A DNA stretch of 64,000 nucleotides from Lingula anatina (lineage: Eukaryota; Animalia; Brachiopoda). Shown one piece after another: positions 31,281-60,200 of this stretch. The position numbers were made by a program, and so were the translations under genes. Under the pieces are notes generated by a model. The model was given only the letters and a program-made list of their open reading frames with translations, did no database searches and was not told the DNA's origin. Position 1 is the first letter of the stretch. Every line of letters starts with the position of its first letter. The stretch spans positions 61,978,788 to 62,042,787 of the forward strand of contig CM120640.1 in assembly GCA_051362555.1 (NCBI GenBank). The letters run 5' to 3'.

Positions 31281-32196
31281 GAGCAATAAACTACCATTTA
31301 AGCAACCATTTAAATCATAGATACTAAAAAATTGCGTTTTTTTTTCTTTCTTTTTTTTTAAATTTTATTATTATTATTATTTCTTTTGCTTGTTTATATT
31401 CCTTTTGAAATTAAATATTTGCTTTATGACCTACTTATCACGTACAATACACCATTGTTTTACAAGGCAATCAAAATATAGAAGGTGGGGAAAAAACAGT
31501 TGATATGTAGATTTTGGTAACTAAAACATAATTGGTGCATTATTTCACTTCTTTCCTGACAAAACCAGAAGAAAGCCTTTCAAGAAAATGACCTGGCATC
31601 AATTAGACAGGCGTGCTGACTGTTGTGATTAAATAGGCGTTGATGTATAGCTGCTCATGACATGTGAACGAGGTCTGTTTGAAATCGATATCAGTTTTTA
31701 CCTCAAATTTAAACGCTGCTGTTACATCACAAGCTCAAATTCGCCCCGATATGTTATTGATGCCATTGATACGAGAAATCTGTATTTCACAATAAAAACA
31801 TTGTGAGTGACTCATAAAAATATAATATATTCTGTTTTCCCACAAAAAGGGCTGTTATAGCTATTATGCTGATATCTGAGCTTGTCTTTAGACCACGTGA
31901 CCTCCATTGATGGCTATACTCTGTTAAAATCTCTTAAGAGATTTTAACAAAAAACCAAACTTTTTAGAAAAAAACCAGGGACTAACTTTGAATGTAAAAA
32001 TGGAATCATTAACCATTGGTTAGTATGGGAAAATTGTTGTTTACTCCAGGAAAATTCATTTTTTGGCCGAAACGAAGAGTTATTATCACTTTAATAATCA
32101 TATAACGTGACAATATTCATTTTCCGCATTATCTAGGTGGATGATTAAAGTCCTAATTATCTTACTAGTACTGAAACCCGTTATACCTGGAGCCTG

Positions 32197-33205
32197 GGCC
32201 CGGTGGCACCAACGGGTCGTAGGCCTAACCATGGACATAATGAGAGAATCTCATTATGTCCATGGCCTAACTAACTCGGGTGTAGCAGTTATTCACGATC
32301 AGGGAAAGTAAGCCTGGCGCACGGACGCCAAGCGTTGCGGTAGATAAGATAAGAGTTTATTTAGCCAATTATAAAAATCGGAAATCATTTTCCTTTTGGA
32401 GCAATATACAGAGTAAAATAATAAAATAATACTATAAATTAAGAATTTAGTTTTGAGATCAAATTAAAATGCGTCACTGCACTTGGATAAAAGCTGTTTA
32501 AAAAGCGTTTACTGCCTTTAAAAGTTAAAAGTCTACTGTTGCTTGGTAAAAAAGTAAAAAGAGATGATGCAGGATGGAAACAGTCTTTCATGGTGTTGAC
32601 AATTCTTTTCTCCATTCTGTCTTTAAAAATATCATCCAGCTTGGGGAGATCCTGCCAAATAATCCTGCTTGCAGTTTTTACAACGTTTGTTAATTTCTTC
32701 CTTTCTTCCCCAGCTGTTCCGCTATACCATATTATAATTCCGTACGCTAGAATGCTTTCAATTACACACGGTAACACACCTGTAAAAATTGACTAAAATA
32801 GGCACGCTATCAGTAAAAGTTCTCAATGATCTTAAAAAATACAGTCTTTGCCGTGCCTTCTTTACACCAAGGAGTCTGTTATAACTCCTTGTTTACACTC
32901 TTTGCGGTGTTATCCTTTCAATTCAATTTACTGTTAAGGTGTATACCAAGTAGTTTAAATTCCTCTACTCTACTAACTTCAACATTACCAATGGTGAGTG
33001 GTACCTTTACATTCTGATTCCTTCTAAAATCCACTATCATTTCTTTGGTTTTAGCTACATGTACGTTCAAGATAAGTTCATTACTCTCGCACCAGCTTAA
33101 CACCGACTCAACAGATTCTCTGTATGTACTCTCGTCATTATCAGTAACTAGCCCCAACAACAGTCGTATCCGAGCAAATTTGCGCCCCGTTGGTGCAACC
33201 GGACC
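32197..33205. mobile_element. Harbinger-like MITE split by a LINE insertion
   Basis: TIRs GGCCCGGTGGCACCAACGGG / CCCGTTGGTGCAACCGGACC with CTG on both flanks (32194-32196, 33206-33208). Confidence 0.7.
32341..33155 (-). mobile_element. 5'-truncated, decayed non-LTR retrotransposon (CR1-group, L2/Rex-Babar-like): RT C-terminus and tail
   Basis: GLVTDNDESTYRESV..WCESNELILNV..KTKEMIVDFRR..FKLLGIHL; VIESILAYGIIIWY; FHPASSLFTFLPS..RFLNSFYPSAV. Stops and frameshifts present; 3' AATAAA plus (TCTTA)n tail. Confidence 0.88.
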
Positions 33206-36200
33206 CTGGGCCTTAGGTTAGGGGAAGGCCGCATGTGTATGGAACGCCATTCTCGCAAAAGTCTTGTTGGCATAGTGTATTTAAACCTACTCGCGCTTTC
33301 TATATTACACGGGGGCTGATTACACATGCCATTAGATCCACGCATTGCTGGATCCGTGCACCGATAGGTCACTAATCGGTTGATTAATCTCACAAATCAT
33401 ACCTATATTTCGATAAATACGCTAGCTGATAGATCTTCGCGCCGAGAGATCCCTGCAACAAGGAATCCCGAATTCGCTGAACGCCTCTGAAAATCGGACT
33501 AAATTAAAAACGCCGTACGTACGTCAGGACAACGTCGAATGAAGTACCCATGCAGTATAGGGCCTGCTGGCTTTTTTTTTTTTTTTTTCTTTTTTTTTTT
33601 TGGGGGGGGGGGGGAATAAGGCACAACAACGGCATTAGGTCGATTTAAATTTCAAAACTGAAATCCGATTAATAAGATGGCTTGGATGTATCCTCTGATA
33701 TCAGGGGGCTTCCATATACAAAAGTAAAGTAGGCCCTATGCCATGCAACATTTTGTAACGGCTAGCCTATTAGCGCACCCTGTAGTCAGAGAGTGAATTA
33801 GATGGTATGTAACAGATATATTATCTTAATGACAAATTTTCAGTATTGAACCGTCGCAATCTCGGATTTGGCGAGCGTAACATTAAAATTATTACAAAAC
33901 CATCCCCTCGTTAAGGCTACTACCGGGACATTACCGTAGGACATCTTAATTTTAACGTTAGGCCTATATTCATTTGATTTAAATATGGTTTGAGGTAATA
34001 TTTTTTAAATTGTTGAAAAGATCCATTTCATATTCATTCTTGTTTGACACCAGACATACGGTCCAGATTTAAATGAATCTTCATTTCCTGAACCAGTTTT
34101 TCCTTCGACTTGACTGCATGGCCAGGACCCGCTGAAATAACTGCTTTCATCGACCGATTGACATGTCTGGTCTGTAAGCCTATGCGTCCATGGGGTTATT
34201 ACGGGCCTCACAAACAATAACTGCCCCTAGGAACCATAATTTTGGGAGTACAAAAGACTCGAGCTAACGTAAAATTAAGTATCCCAACGTAAAATTAGCA
34301 CAGCCATGGTCCACACAAAATTTTGTATTTAAAGTTTGCGGGTTCTATCGCTTTGTTCGTGGCTGCTCATTTTACGTTGGGCTTCTGAAATTCGTGGCTC
34401 GAGTCGTTTATATGGGCATATGTGTTCACAAATTATAAGCTCGAATCGCTAACGTTTAATCCGTTTAATCCTGTATTTACCCGTAGTAGGAAACGTGATA
34501 ACGTTAGGTAAGCTAGCCCCAACCTAGATTATCGCGATTTAGACCCACGCTATAAACCCTAACCTTCACTAATCTGTCACACAGACCCTCAGCTTTGTCA
34601 CACTTTTCAGTTTTAAACGTTTCAGTGATTGTTTGCGGTCGCAAATACCTAGAAACCGCTCAGTGCTTGATAGCTTTGAGTTGGGACTGTCTTGAAGCAA
34701 ATTTAATATTGACCTCAAAAGTGACCTCAAATGGGATGATGTCAGACGAGTCCACTATGGAGGGGTGTACTCGGTCATTGTCTTATACTTCTGAGAGTTG
34801 TGGCTGTGTCATTTTATGTTTAGATCAGTGTAAACCTCACTTTATGACTTTAAGGTGTATTAAATCTTTGAAAACTTTGAAACTGTTGTAAAAATCAGAT
34901 TTTTTCGAAAATATATACGTAAAAATGACAAGCTGTTTTCCAATAAAAATAGCACAACCTACCTAAAGCAGTTGCTATATCAAAACTGCAATACAGCGAC
35001 TCACAATTTGTAAATCGTATCCCGATTTTTGAAGGTAAGATAACACGCTGATAATCATATATGGGTAAAATGAGTTTTACTTAATATTCTGTTTAGAAGC
35101 CAATTTGTATATTGAGCAGTATCGGTATTTTTGATCGATTCCCTTACCTTGAGCCCGCCTTATGCATACACTGTACTGTAACTAACCCAAATAAAGTCAA
35201 AGAGAACTGACACTGCTCAGCCGGTTTACCTCAGTGGGGTTAGTGGGTAAGAATCTCAGTGTTTGTTGTTTTATTTTTGTGTGAACATCAACCAGGAATG
35301 TACTCTCTGTGAATAGTAGGTTCCAGAATCGACTAAATGATATAAAATAATATACATGTAATTATGAAAAGTCCCAGAAGATTTGATGCAGTATGCCACT
35401 CACTTGTCATACATATGTCTTTGATTTGCAGTGTTTTTCTATATTCACTCTATGTTCAAATAAATTAGTTTGTCAATCAACTGGACACTTTTCTAATGTT
35501 TTTATGAGATATTTATTTAAGACTTGATGCAAATAATGGTAATTCCAGAGATGAACATCACAAAATCAGAAAGTAAATGTCAAAATGATTCATTTGAATA
35601 GCAGTTTGTAGGGCATGATGCCCAAGTTAAATGCCAATGGTGGTCCAAATAACAGCTTGTAAAACTGTGCAATGTATTTTTGACCATTTATTCATTTTTA
35701 TGAATATGTAAGTACCAGGTACCATAAAATCCTCCATTTTTAATGGTGTTCTCCTACTGGGTAGGTTTGGTAACAATGCCTGTTATTTTCCATCTGTGGT
35801 TTCCAATTTTGTCAGCTAGACTATCTTGATGGTTTGTGTGATGGGGAGGAGGGAATGATTATTTGCTGCTTTATATTAAATGAAAAACAGTTACTGGCCA
35901 ATACATTTTTCATGGGAAGTATGTAACATGTAAATACATATACGTAAGGTCTGTTTCTAATACGGAGTTTAGTTGGTGGTCTCCCCTATTTCACATGGAA
36001 GCTGTCATGGGAAACACAGTGTCTATTGGTAAAAACGAACAGATGTTGCATTTCTAAAGGGTAATTGGTGAGCAGCATTTCAAATTTATGCAAAATGTGG
36101 GGAGAGATGTTCTGAATTCTCGATTTCATGTACCTAGATTGTTTCCAAACATCATTGCAGATTTGTCTATTAAGTAAATGTGATAGAGTTCAGTTTTAAA

Positions 36201-37815
36201 AAGCATTTGGTTACAAGGTTTAGTAATTTGCTTTTCAAACAAGTGCAGTGAAGAACCATTTATTTATCCTATCGCCTGTTTTGCTTACAGTGAAGAGGAA
36301 CTCTAACCAACTATGGACCCATTCCTTGTTAGCACATGCCATTTCCATCAACACCTTTTTCAAAACGAACAAATAAATAACAGAAACTGAGAGAAAAAAA
36401 GGAACGAACTGAAAAAAAAAATCTTGTGTGTTACTCATCTATATCAGATATGTAGTTGTGGCAACAATCTAAAACTATCTAAATTAAGTATGTGCAAGCA
36501 ATTGTTGAAAAGATAAGCCACATGGTATAAAATCATGTCTGGGTCACATGTATACTAGTATCCCAAATTTCCATGTGAAGCTGGGCATGGGAGGAGGTAG
36601 CAAGTAATGACCTTTAGACAGCATGATTTGACACACTACAGGATTACTATCTTGTGATTGGCTTAAAATGTCAGGAGTTCTGAGCTTACCTTGATAAAAA
36701 AAAGGTGCATGTAGTCTGGCACGTTATGAAGTAGATAAGGTTACACTGTGCACTGAATGTATAAATAAAAGTGTTAGGGCTTGGCACAGAGTTTGGTCTT
36801 GTGAGTTGTTTGATGAGCTGATGTGCCAACTGTCCACACCTGATAACTGAAAAGCTAAGAGGTGCTCCATTAGAACAGTGTCTTTCAATTTTTAAAGTGA
36901 ACAAAAAAGGTAGGCCTGTGTTAATTGATTACGTAGCATATTGTAAACTGGTGAACACATCTGTAAAGGTAACCTTTTCATAACTGGGGGGGGGGGGGGG
37001 GGGTATGCATATGCATCTAGTGCATATGCAATACCTTTAGCAGTGGTTAATAACCCTTCAGAATATGAATATCTGCATTTTGTGATATGATGCTCCTTGC
37101 ATATTGCCAGCCTTGCCTACAAACTGCACAAATAAGATTGATAATGGGCTAACTTGTCTGTAAAGATTTTTTTCGTATACTTTTGCCCTTTGTAAAATAT
37201 TTGAAGATCTAACTTACTGACATTGCCATAAAATGCAAAAGGTGAAAATAAACTTGCATGTTTGTAAATCAAACTAGTATTCTACCTTCAGTTTATTTTT
37301 TGACACAATAAAAATTTACAGCATCTTATGATTAAGTGGAAGAGGCACCATTAACAAATTTATTCTGTAACATAATAAAAGCTGTATGACACAGAAATCA
37401 ATAATAGAAATGTTACTTATGTTTGCTGAATATTTGATTATTAGGTCCTGGTTAATTGTCAGCAGAAAAATTAGAGATATTTTGTTGATATCTGTAAGAA
37501 GAACAGCATTTAAAAAGAAAAAAAAACTTTGGTTGTATTGTTTTAACCTTCATGAAGAAAAGTTTGATATCAGAGAGATGTGTTATTTGTTAGGAATGCA
37601 TTTTGTACTAGTAATGGCTTGCACTGGTTCAAACCATTATAGATTACACTTCGAAAGCAATAATAAAATGGAACTAGAGCTCTAATGTCAGTCAGCAGGC
37701 CTTTGGTAGTTATTGATTTGAGTCTGTGTTATTCACCCTACTCCTAATATTATGTTTCTAAGGCATTCTTGCTTAATGTGTATTGGTATGCTTGTTTTAT
37801 TTTAGGTTTGAGAAG

Positions 37816-39120
37816 ATGCCACCAACACCAACTGAGCTGAGACACCGTGCCGCTGGTGACACACTAGAAAGTTTACCAGTTATAGAGCTAAATGACAGCA
37901 ACAAGAGCACTGATAATGGAAAGGAACAGAAGCTTGTTGGGGTTGATGGGAATTGGTATGATGTTACCAACTTCTTAAAACACCATCCTGGCGGCCCAGT
38001 GATAGAACAATTCATCGGCCAAGATGCAACCCATGTGTTTCATGCTTATGGTCACGAAGGTGTTCTCAAACACCGCAAACCAGTTGGCACCTACAAAATG
38101 CCAATACGCCATCCAGCTGATGCAGACTTTGAGAAACTTATCCAATTTGCGAAAGAGAAGGGGTACTTTGAGACTGACTTTGTTTGGTATTTGAAAAAAA
38201 TGTTTGTAGCCTTCATGTTGCTTGCTGTGGCTTTCTACTTAGTTATAGGTTTTGAGCAGTGGTATGTTCATTACCTAGGAGCAGTAGCACTGGCATTCCA
38301 CTGGCAACAATGCGGTTTTATCATGCATGATTTCATGCATTCCCAAGTGTTTCGAAAGCACAGTAAAGATGGCCCATGTGGGACCATATTTGGAGCAGTA
38401 TTCTTTGGCATAAGTGCCTCATGGTGGCGTGATGAACACATCATTCACCATGCCATGACCAATGTTGTTAATGTTGCACAACGATTCGTTGATCCTCAGA
38501 TGTGGGAATCTGCTTGGGCACAAAATGAAAAACTGTTTCCTCTGTTCAGGAACACTCTCCAATACTGCTTTGTGAAGATCCAGCATATCACATTTATTCC
38601 AATCGTGGTCTTTATTGGTCGGTATGAAATTGTCACTGATAGTTTTCGTCAAGAACGCCGTTGGCCTGAGTGGGTAGGTGCATGTATACACTGGATGTGG
38701 ATATGCTTCTTACTGTCTCATTTACCAACCTGGAAGGAAGTGTTTACTTTTTATGTCATAGCAGCAAGTGTAGAAGGCATATTCCACTTTCAGCTAATCC
38801 TTAGTCACTATTGCAAAGCATTCTATACTACTGATGAATTTCACAAGTACAGTTGGTTTGAGTATCAAGTTTTGTCCAACATGAACATTGAGACATGGTG
38901 GTTTCTGGACTGGTATTATGGAGGACTAAATTATCACATTGAGCACCACTTGTTCCCCACTATGGCCCGCAAGCATCTCCGCAGTATTGGCCCTTACGTT
39001 GAAGAGGTGTGTAAGAAGCATGGTATAGATTACGATATGTGCCCTTTTGCTGAAGCCATGTGGAAAACCCTAGTTCACTTGAAGAAAACTGGAAATCATT
39101 TCACCCTAGATCCCCGTTAA
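37816..39120 (+). CDS. Cytochrome b5-fused membrane fatty acid/sphingolipid desaturase, single coding exon, 434 aa
   Basis: Splice acceptor TTTAG at 37801-37805, then ATG at 37816; HPGG heme motif; His boxes HDFMH, HIIHH, HIEHH; several hydrophobic helices. Regiospecificity cannot be assigned. Confidence 0.93.
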   Translation: MPPTPTELRHRAAGDTLESLPVIELNDSNKSTDNGKEQKLVGVDGNWYDVTNFLKHHPGGPVIEQFIGQDATHVFHAYGHEGVLKHRKPVGTYKMPIRHPADADFEKLIQFAKEKGYFETDFVWYLKKMFVAFMLLAVAFYLVIGFEQWYVHYLGAVALAFHWQQCGFIMHDFMHSQVFRKHSKDGPCGTIFGAVFFGISASWWRDEHIIHHAMTNVVNVAQRFVDPQMWESAWAQNEKLFPLFRNTLQYCFVKIQHITFIPIVVFIGRYEIVTDSFRQERRWPEWVGACIHWMWICFLLSHLPTWKEVFTFYVIAASVEGIFHFQLILSHYCKAFYTTDEFHKYSWFEYQVLSNMNIETWWFLDWYYGGLNYHIEHHLFPTMARKHLRSIGPYVEEVCKKHGIDYDMCPFAEAMWKTLVHLKKTGNHFTLDPR

Positions 39121-40708
39121 GAACATTAAATATATAGCATGTGTAAGATGCTTAATTATCCAAGGTTTTGAATTATATGTAATTATTATTATACATGTGG
39201 AATTATAAAATAGATGTGTTGGATTTTGTGATAACTTGTAGTTACTAATTTGCTTTGCATCAAAGTTTTGATTAATATTTGATACTGTTTGACTTTTGAT
39301 TGATTATTTCATGTAACGTTTAAATTACTCTGAATGTAAAATGGATTTTGTGATATACTGATCTGTGTGTTTAGTATCTGGTCAGTTGATCATAGTAAAT
39401 AAGTGTTATTTTTTTCTTTGAGTACATGTTATAATTTGATTTAGTAAACTAAATATTAAGCACAAAATATATGTTATTGTTACATTAGTATGATCTTAGT
39501 TTTACTAGTGTTAAGTTTCTAACAGCATTATAGTAAGGTGTTTTTCATCTTGCACATTAGGTGACAATTTTTATTGTCAGCCTGAGTGATGTTATTGAAC
39601 AGGGATTCACATAATAGTTAAATAGTTAACAAATATTGATACTAACCCAACAAAGATAAATACAAATTGCACATGTATAGATAAAATTTCACAATCTGTT
39701 TCAACTTGAATTTATTAATCACCCACTGTTTTCTGTGTGAAGCTTTAATAGATCTTGCTACAGCTTTAATAACCATCACAGCAAGGTTTGAGGAGAGATG
39801 GGCAATCACTGTTCATGCATGGCAGGACTTAGAGCATCACAGTGAAATTTTCTTAAGTGTAATGCATTTTAAGGTGTTTGCTTCTTGTTCGGCAATTTGC
39901 AGTGTGGAAAAATTCTCTTCAAAGAGTGCTTTTGCTTATGTGATCTGGGCTTTTAAACTAGGTGCAGTCCATTGTTAAGAACAAATCGTGAAAACTTCTC
40001 TCTCTGAACCATGTTTGGTAATAATTTCAGTAACACCTTGTGACAACCATGTTTTGCCTAATAATTGACATTGCTTTAATAATTTAATTAAATCACTACA
40101 AAATATAACTTTTTTATTGAAGAACGTCTCCATAGTTTTTTTTTATGTAGTCCAGGAAAAAGCCCCTGCCCCCCCCCTTAAAAAAGAATAATTAAGGTGC
40201 TTTCTATTAAATTCAAAATGAGTTAAAGATCAAAGAAATTTCATATCAGAACATTACACTTGAGACAGTTAAGTTAGAATGAGGTCAAGGTTTTGTAAAA
40301 AAAAAATGAAATTTAGCCATTAAACCAAGCATACTGTAAAGGGCTACATTTTCATTTGACAATCTTCATTGTTCTAAGTAAAAATGTTTGTCTTCTTTGG
40401 AATAATCATGTATATGTGTAATTCCACTTTTTACTTTTAAGAACATGAATAAGAGCATAATTCTTTAACTCATTATTAAAATTTAACTAGAATGTGATGG
40501 TATTTGACTGTTCCACTCATTCTCTTGTGATTGTTTTGCTATATATATGGTTTGCTTTTATGAACAGCTGTGATTGTGTTAGCGCATGTTATTAATTTAT
40601 TTAATATTAAATTGAAATTTACAGAACAATTTTTTGTAACATTTTTTAAAAACTTTATTTTGAATATGTATACAGAGTTTCATCTGTTATCAGTTTCATT
40701 CTTAGTGC

Positions 40709-40710
<2 letters not shown>

Positions 40711-40783
<73 letters not shown>
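40711..40783. repeat. (TA)n microsatellite
   Basis: Pure TA run. Confidence 0.95.
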
Positions 40784-40787
<4 letters not shown>

Positions 40788-43203
40788 TTTCATGTGAAAC
40801 TAAAGCGCAGGCAACCATTTTTCACTTTTTGTGCAGATAAACCAAAGAAACATTAACAGGCTTTTTTAAACAAATCAGGATATATTTTTGTTGGGGATCC
40901 GTAATTTTTGTACTTTAATTAATCATTTTTTATGTTAGTGCAATTTGTTAATTTCTGTCCATATTTGTTGAACTCTGTGTGGAATATTAATTTGATGAGT
41001 GTTTATTTGTTTCATTTCTTTATTTTATAATAATGGTTTTCGGGAACAAAATTGCAATTTTCTTGAAGGTACCAAAAGGTGCATAGGAATTATTTCATTT
41101 CAGTTACTTAGGTTTGCTTTAATTGCCTATACTTTGTTGTTTTTTTAGAACTTACTGTTTATTGATGATTTATTTGAACAGCATTGACAATTTCAGAAGA
41201 GAAGACATTCCATTACGGCATATACATTTTGATTGATTTTCTTCTCATCATATTTGCTATTTTGTTTCTTTTATTGGGGTTTTGTTGACTGCAGTGATTT
41301 ATTTTCAGGTTGTTAAGATATGAATGATTGTAAATACTTAGGACTTTAACAATTTGTTGGGCACTTAGCATGTTAAACGTATAACAGTTGTTTGCAATGT
41401 ATGAATTCTTATGCCAATAAATTTGACAGCTTTCTGCATTCACATTTGTTTTGATTTAAAATACTTTTGTCTTGTTTTTTGACTACAAGATCATATTAGA
41501 ATAAGGTTGGGGATAATTTATTTAGTGCTATTTATTTGACAGACTGAAACCCAAAGAAGTCTTTTTGCGGAAATATATTTTTTACATTTTTTTATTCTTG
41601 CTCTGTCAAATGGAGTTGTACTGCAGTACTCCTTGGTCAATTCAATAACAACAGCAATTTAAAGCACATTGTTTCGAATTTCCTAAGTATATATATGATG
41701 TTGTATATCATAAACATGCAGTAAAGGCATAGTTGATGGGTCTAAAGTAACCTATAAAAACAAGTTTTGTTAAATTGGGTAAGTACCGGGTACTTCCAGA
41801 ATTTTAAGAATTGTTTCCTTTCTTCGTGTCCTTTGCACCTGTATGAATCAGATGGTCTCAGAATTAAATGCTATAACTATACAACTATACAAACAAGGCA
41901 GACTTTATGTTACAAACCCCACCCCACGCCGTGGTATGCATAATTGCTTTATTTTTGTTTAATGCACAAAAAAGCAAAATATCTAGTGCCATATCAAATT
42001 ATGTTGACGATACTCGACTTTACACAAATCTCCGTCTCATGCTTGCTCGAACAGCCTCCTGTTATGGGAATGTACCAATCTGACTTGAATCCACTTGTTT
42101 AGACTACCCGGAATCATTAATCATTTTTCTTGATCACATACCGGGTATTAGTATATTATTACTATAATAAGAAATAGTGGAACATTTCCATAGTGTAATA
42201 TTGGGCCACTGCCACCAGAGACCGTATTTTCACCTGTGGGTATATATCGTAACAATGCAGGGGAGTAAAAGGTGCGGGAGGAATATATGATTGCTGCGGC
42301 TCTTCATTGTGTTTGTTGGGGTGCATTCTGTTTAACTGTCATCACTGACTTTATTCGGCGACCCAACAACTGCATCTTTAGCTCTACCAAGGCTTTTCTT
42401 GAGTAACAGCACCACCTACAAACAACTTGTTTTTCAAGAAATGCATTGGAAAGGACCGAAGTACGTTCACTTCCTCCATCTACAAGGAATTGAACGGACA
42501 GTCACTGAGTGGTGAGGATAGGATTTCTGATTGCTGTGAGTGTGAAAGCGACGTTCCATATCCAAAGGTATTTCACTATTTCAATATTTGGGATTGACGA
42601 GGACCTCATTGAGGTTGGACATGATCTGATTTTGACATTTTAGTATGGTACCTTACCGGTACTTCAAGTATCTATTACATGAAACACAGTACTAGTTTAG
42701 CAATTGAATTTAAAATTAAACAGGTTTGACTGTTGATGAGGAAATGGACTATCAAGGTGGCTGTATCTAAAAGCTGCTGTACTGGGTAACTTAATTCAGA
42801 AGTTTCACATTGTGCATGAACTACAGTAGTTTACTTGAAGAAAACAGCTAATGGTTACATGATAATGATATGTCATTGTTGTTATATTCATTACAGTCGG
42901 GTCCCTTCAAGTTCAAATGTTTTTTTTTTTTTTGTTTGTTTGTTTTTTTTGTTTTTTTTTTTTTTTGTTTTTTTGTAGACTTGCCCTTCAAGAAATCAAC
43001 GGAAAATAGCTCTTTTTCAAATTTGAATGGGCACTGTAGAAAACATATAACAGCTAAAGCTCTCAAATTAAGCACATATGTGTGATATCATGTGAAGAAT
43101 AAGTTCTGTTAATTTCAATCCAAGCAGTTGAGTACATTTTGAGACAGAGCGCTTTAAATGTGCAGCAAACCGTAACGCTAATCCCTTCAAGATCTCGACG
43201 AAA

Positions 43204-43226
43204 ACCGGAAGTGCGTCATGACGTCA
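43204..43226 (+). promoter_or_regulatory. Adjacent ETS and CRE motifs, candidate JAK promoter element
   Basis: ACCGGAAGTG followed by TGACGTCA in a CpG-richer patch about 800 bp upstream of the first coding exon. Confidence 0.5.
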
Positions 43227-43771
43227 ATCGTTTGTACTTGGAAACTGCTGGGTGATTTTCCGATGAGAAATATTTCGTGGCTTATACAAATGTTCGGAAA
43301 ATGTCCATGCAGATAAAAGAAAATTCACTAATCAAAATTGAAACTGCGTAATTACATAGAAAAACATTGTGCATTTCTGACCTCGACTTGTCAGTGTAAA
43401 CATAGAAGTACTTCTATGGTGTAAACAAAGTGTACTGAACACATCCCAGCAAGCACGTGAATGCCGCATTTGATACTTTGTATCAGACGCTTCATTTTAC
43501 TTGACAACACAGTGTTTACGATGGGCATGACAGGAAACAATTGGAAAAGAAACTGTTTCCATTTATTTCCATGAAATATGAGTAATATATGAGTAATTTT
43601 GCATGACAGCTGTCTACTAGTAGTATGGCCTCAGATAGATCACCAGTAATATGTGGTGTAAAGTTTTGTTGAACAAGTAAGATGGCAGCCCAACATGGAG
43701 GCAGATATCACCTTTAGGCAAAAAATTAAAGAACACTTGCATGTTTTACAAAGATGACTTATGTAATAAAA

Positions 43772-43833
43772 TATATTATATTATATTATATTATATTATA
43801 TTATATTATATTATATTATATTATATTATATAT
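43772..43833. repeat. (ATTAT)n microsatellite
   Basis: Pentamer run. Confidence 0.9.
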
Positions 43834-44025
43834 TCACAAATTCATGTACAATTAATACATTCTGTAAACTGCAGTGTTCTTGTGCACACAGAACTGTGAA
43901 TGTATATGTTGGGTACTAGTAATGTAAAGAGGTTGGTGCTTTTGAGTGAAAGCCTTATACACAAGGCATTTAAAAAATAATAATGTAATGCAAATTGACT
44001 TCTAGATTCAAACAGACACAGACCA

Positions 44026-60200
<16,175 letters not shown>

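Noticed and set aside
35231-35260. A-box-like sequence suggesting a tRNA or SINE
   Set aside because: No B-box or cloverleaf follows.
40570-40797. ORF with a YI repeat
   Set aside because: Translation of the (TA)n microsatellite.
41780-43330. STAT (TTCN3GAA) feedback sites upstream of JAK
   Set aside because: Only partial or wrongly spaced matches were seen, as expected by chance in AT-rich DNA.
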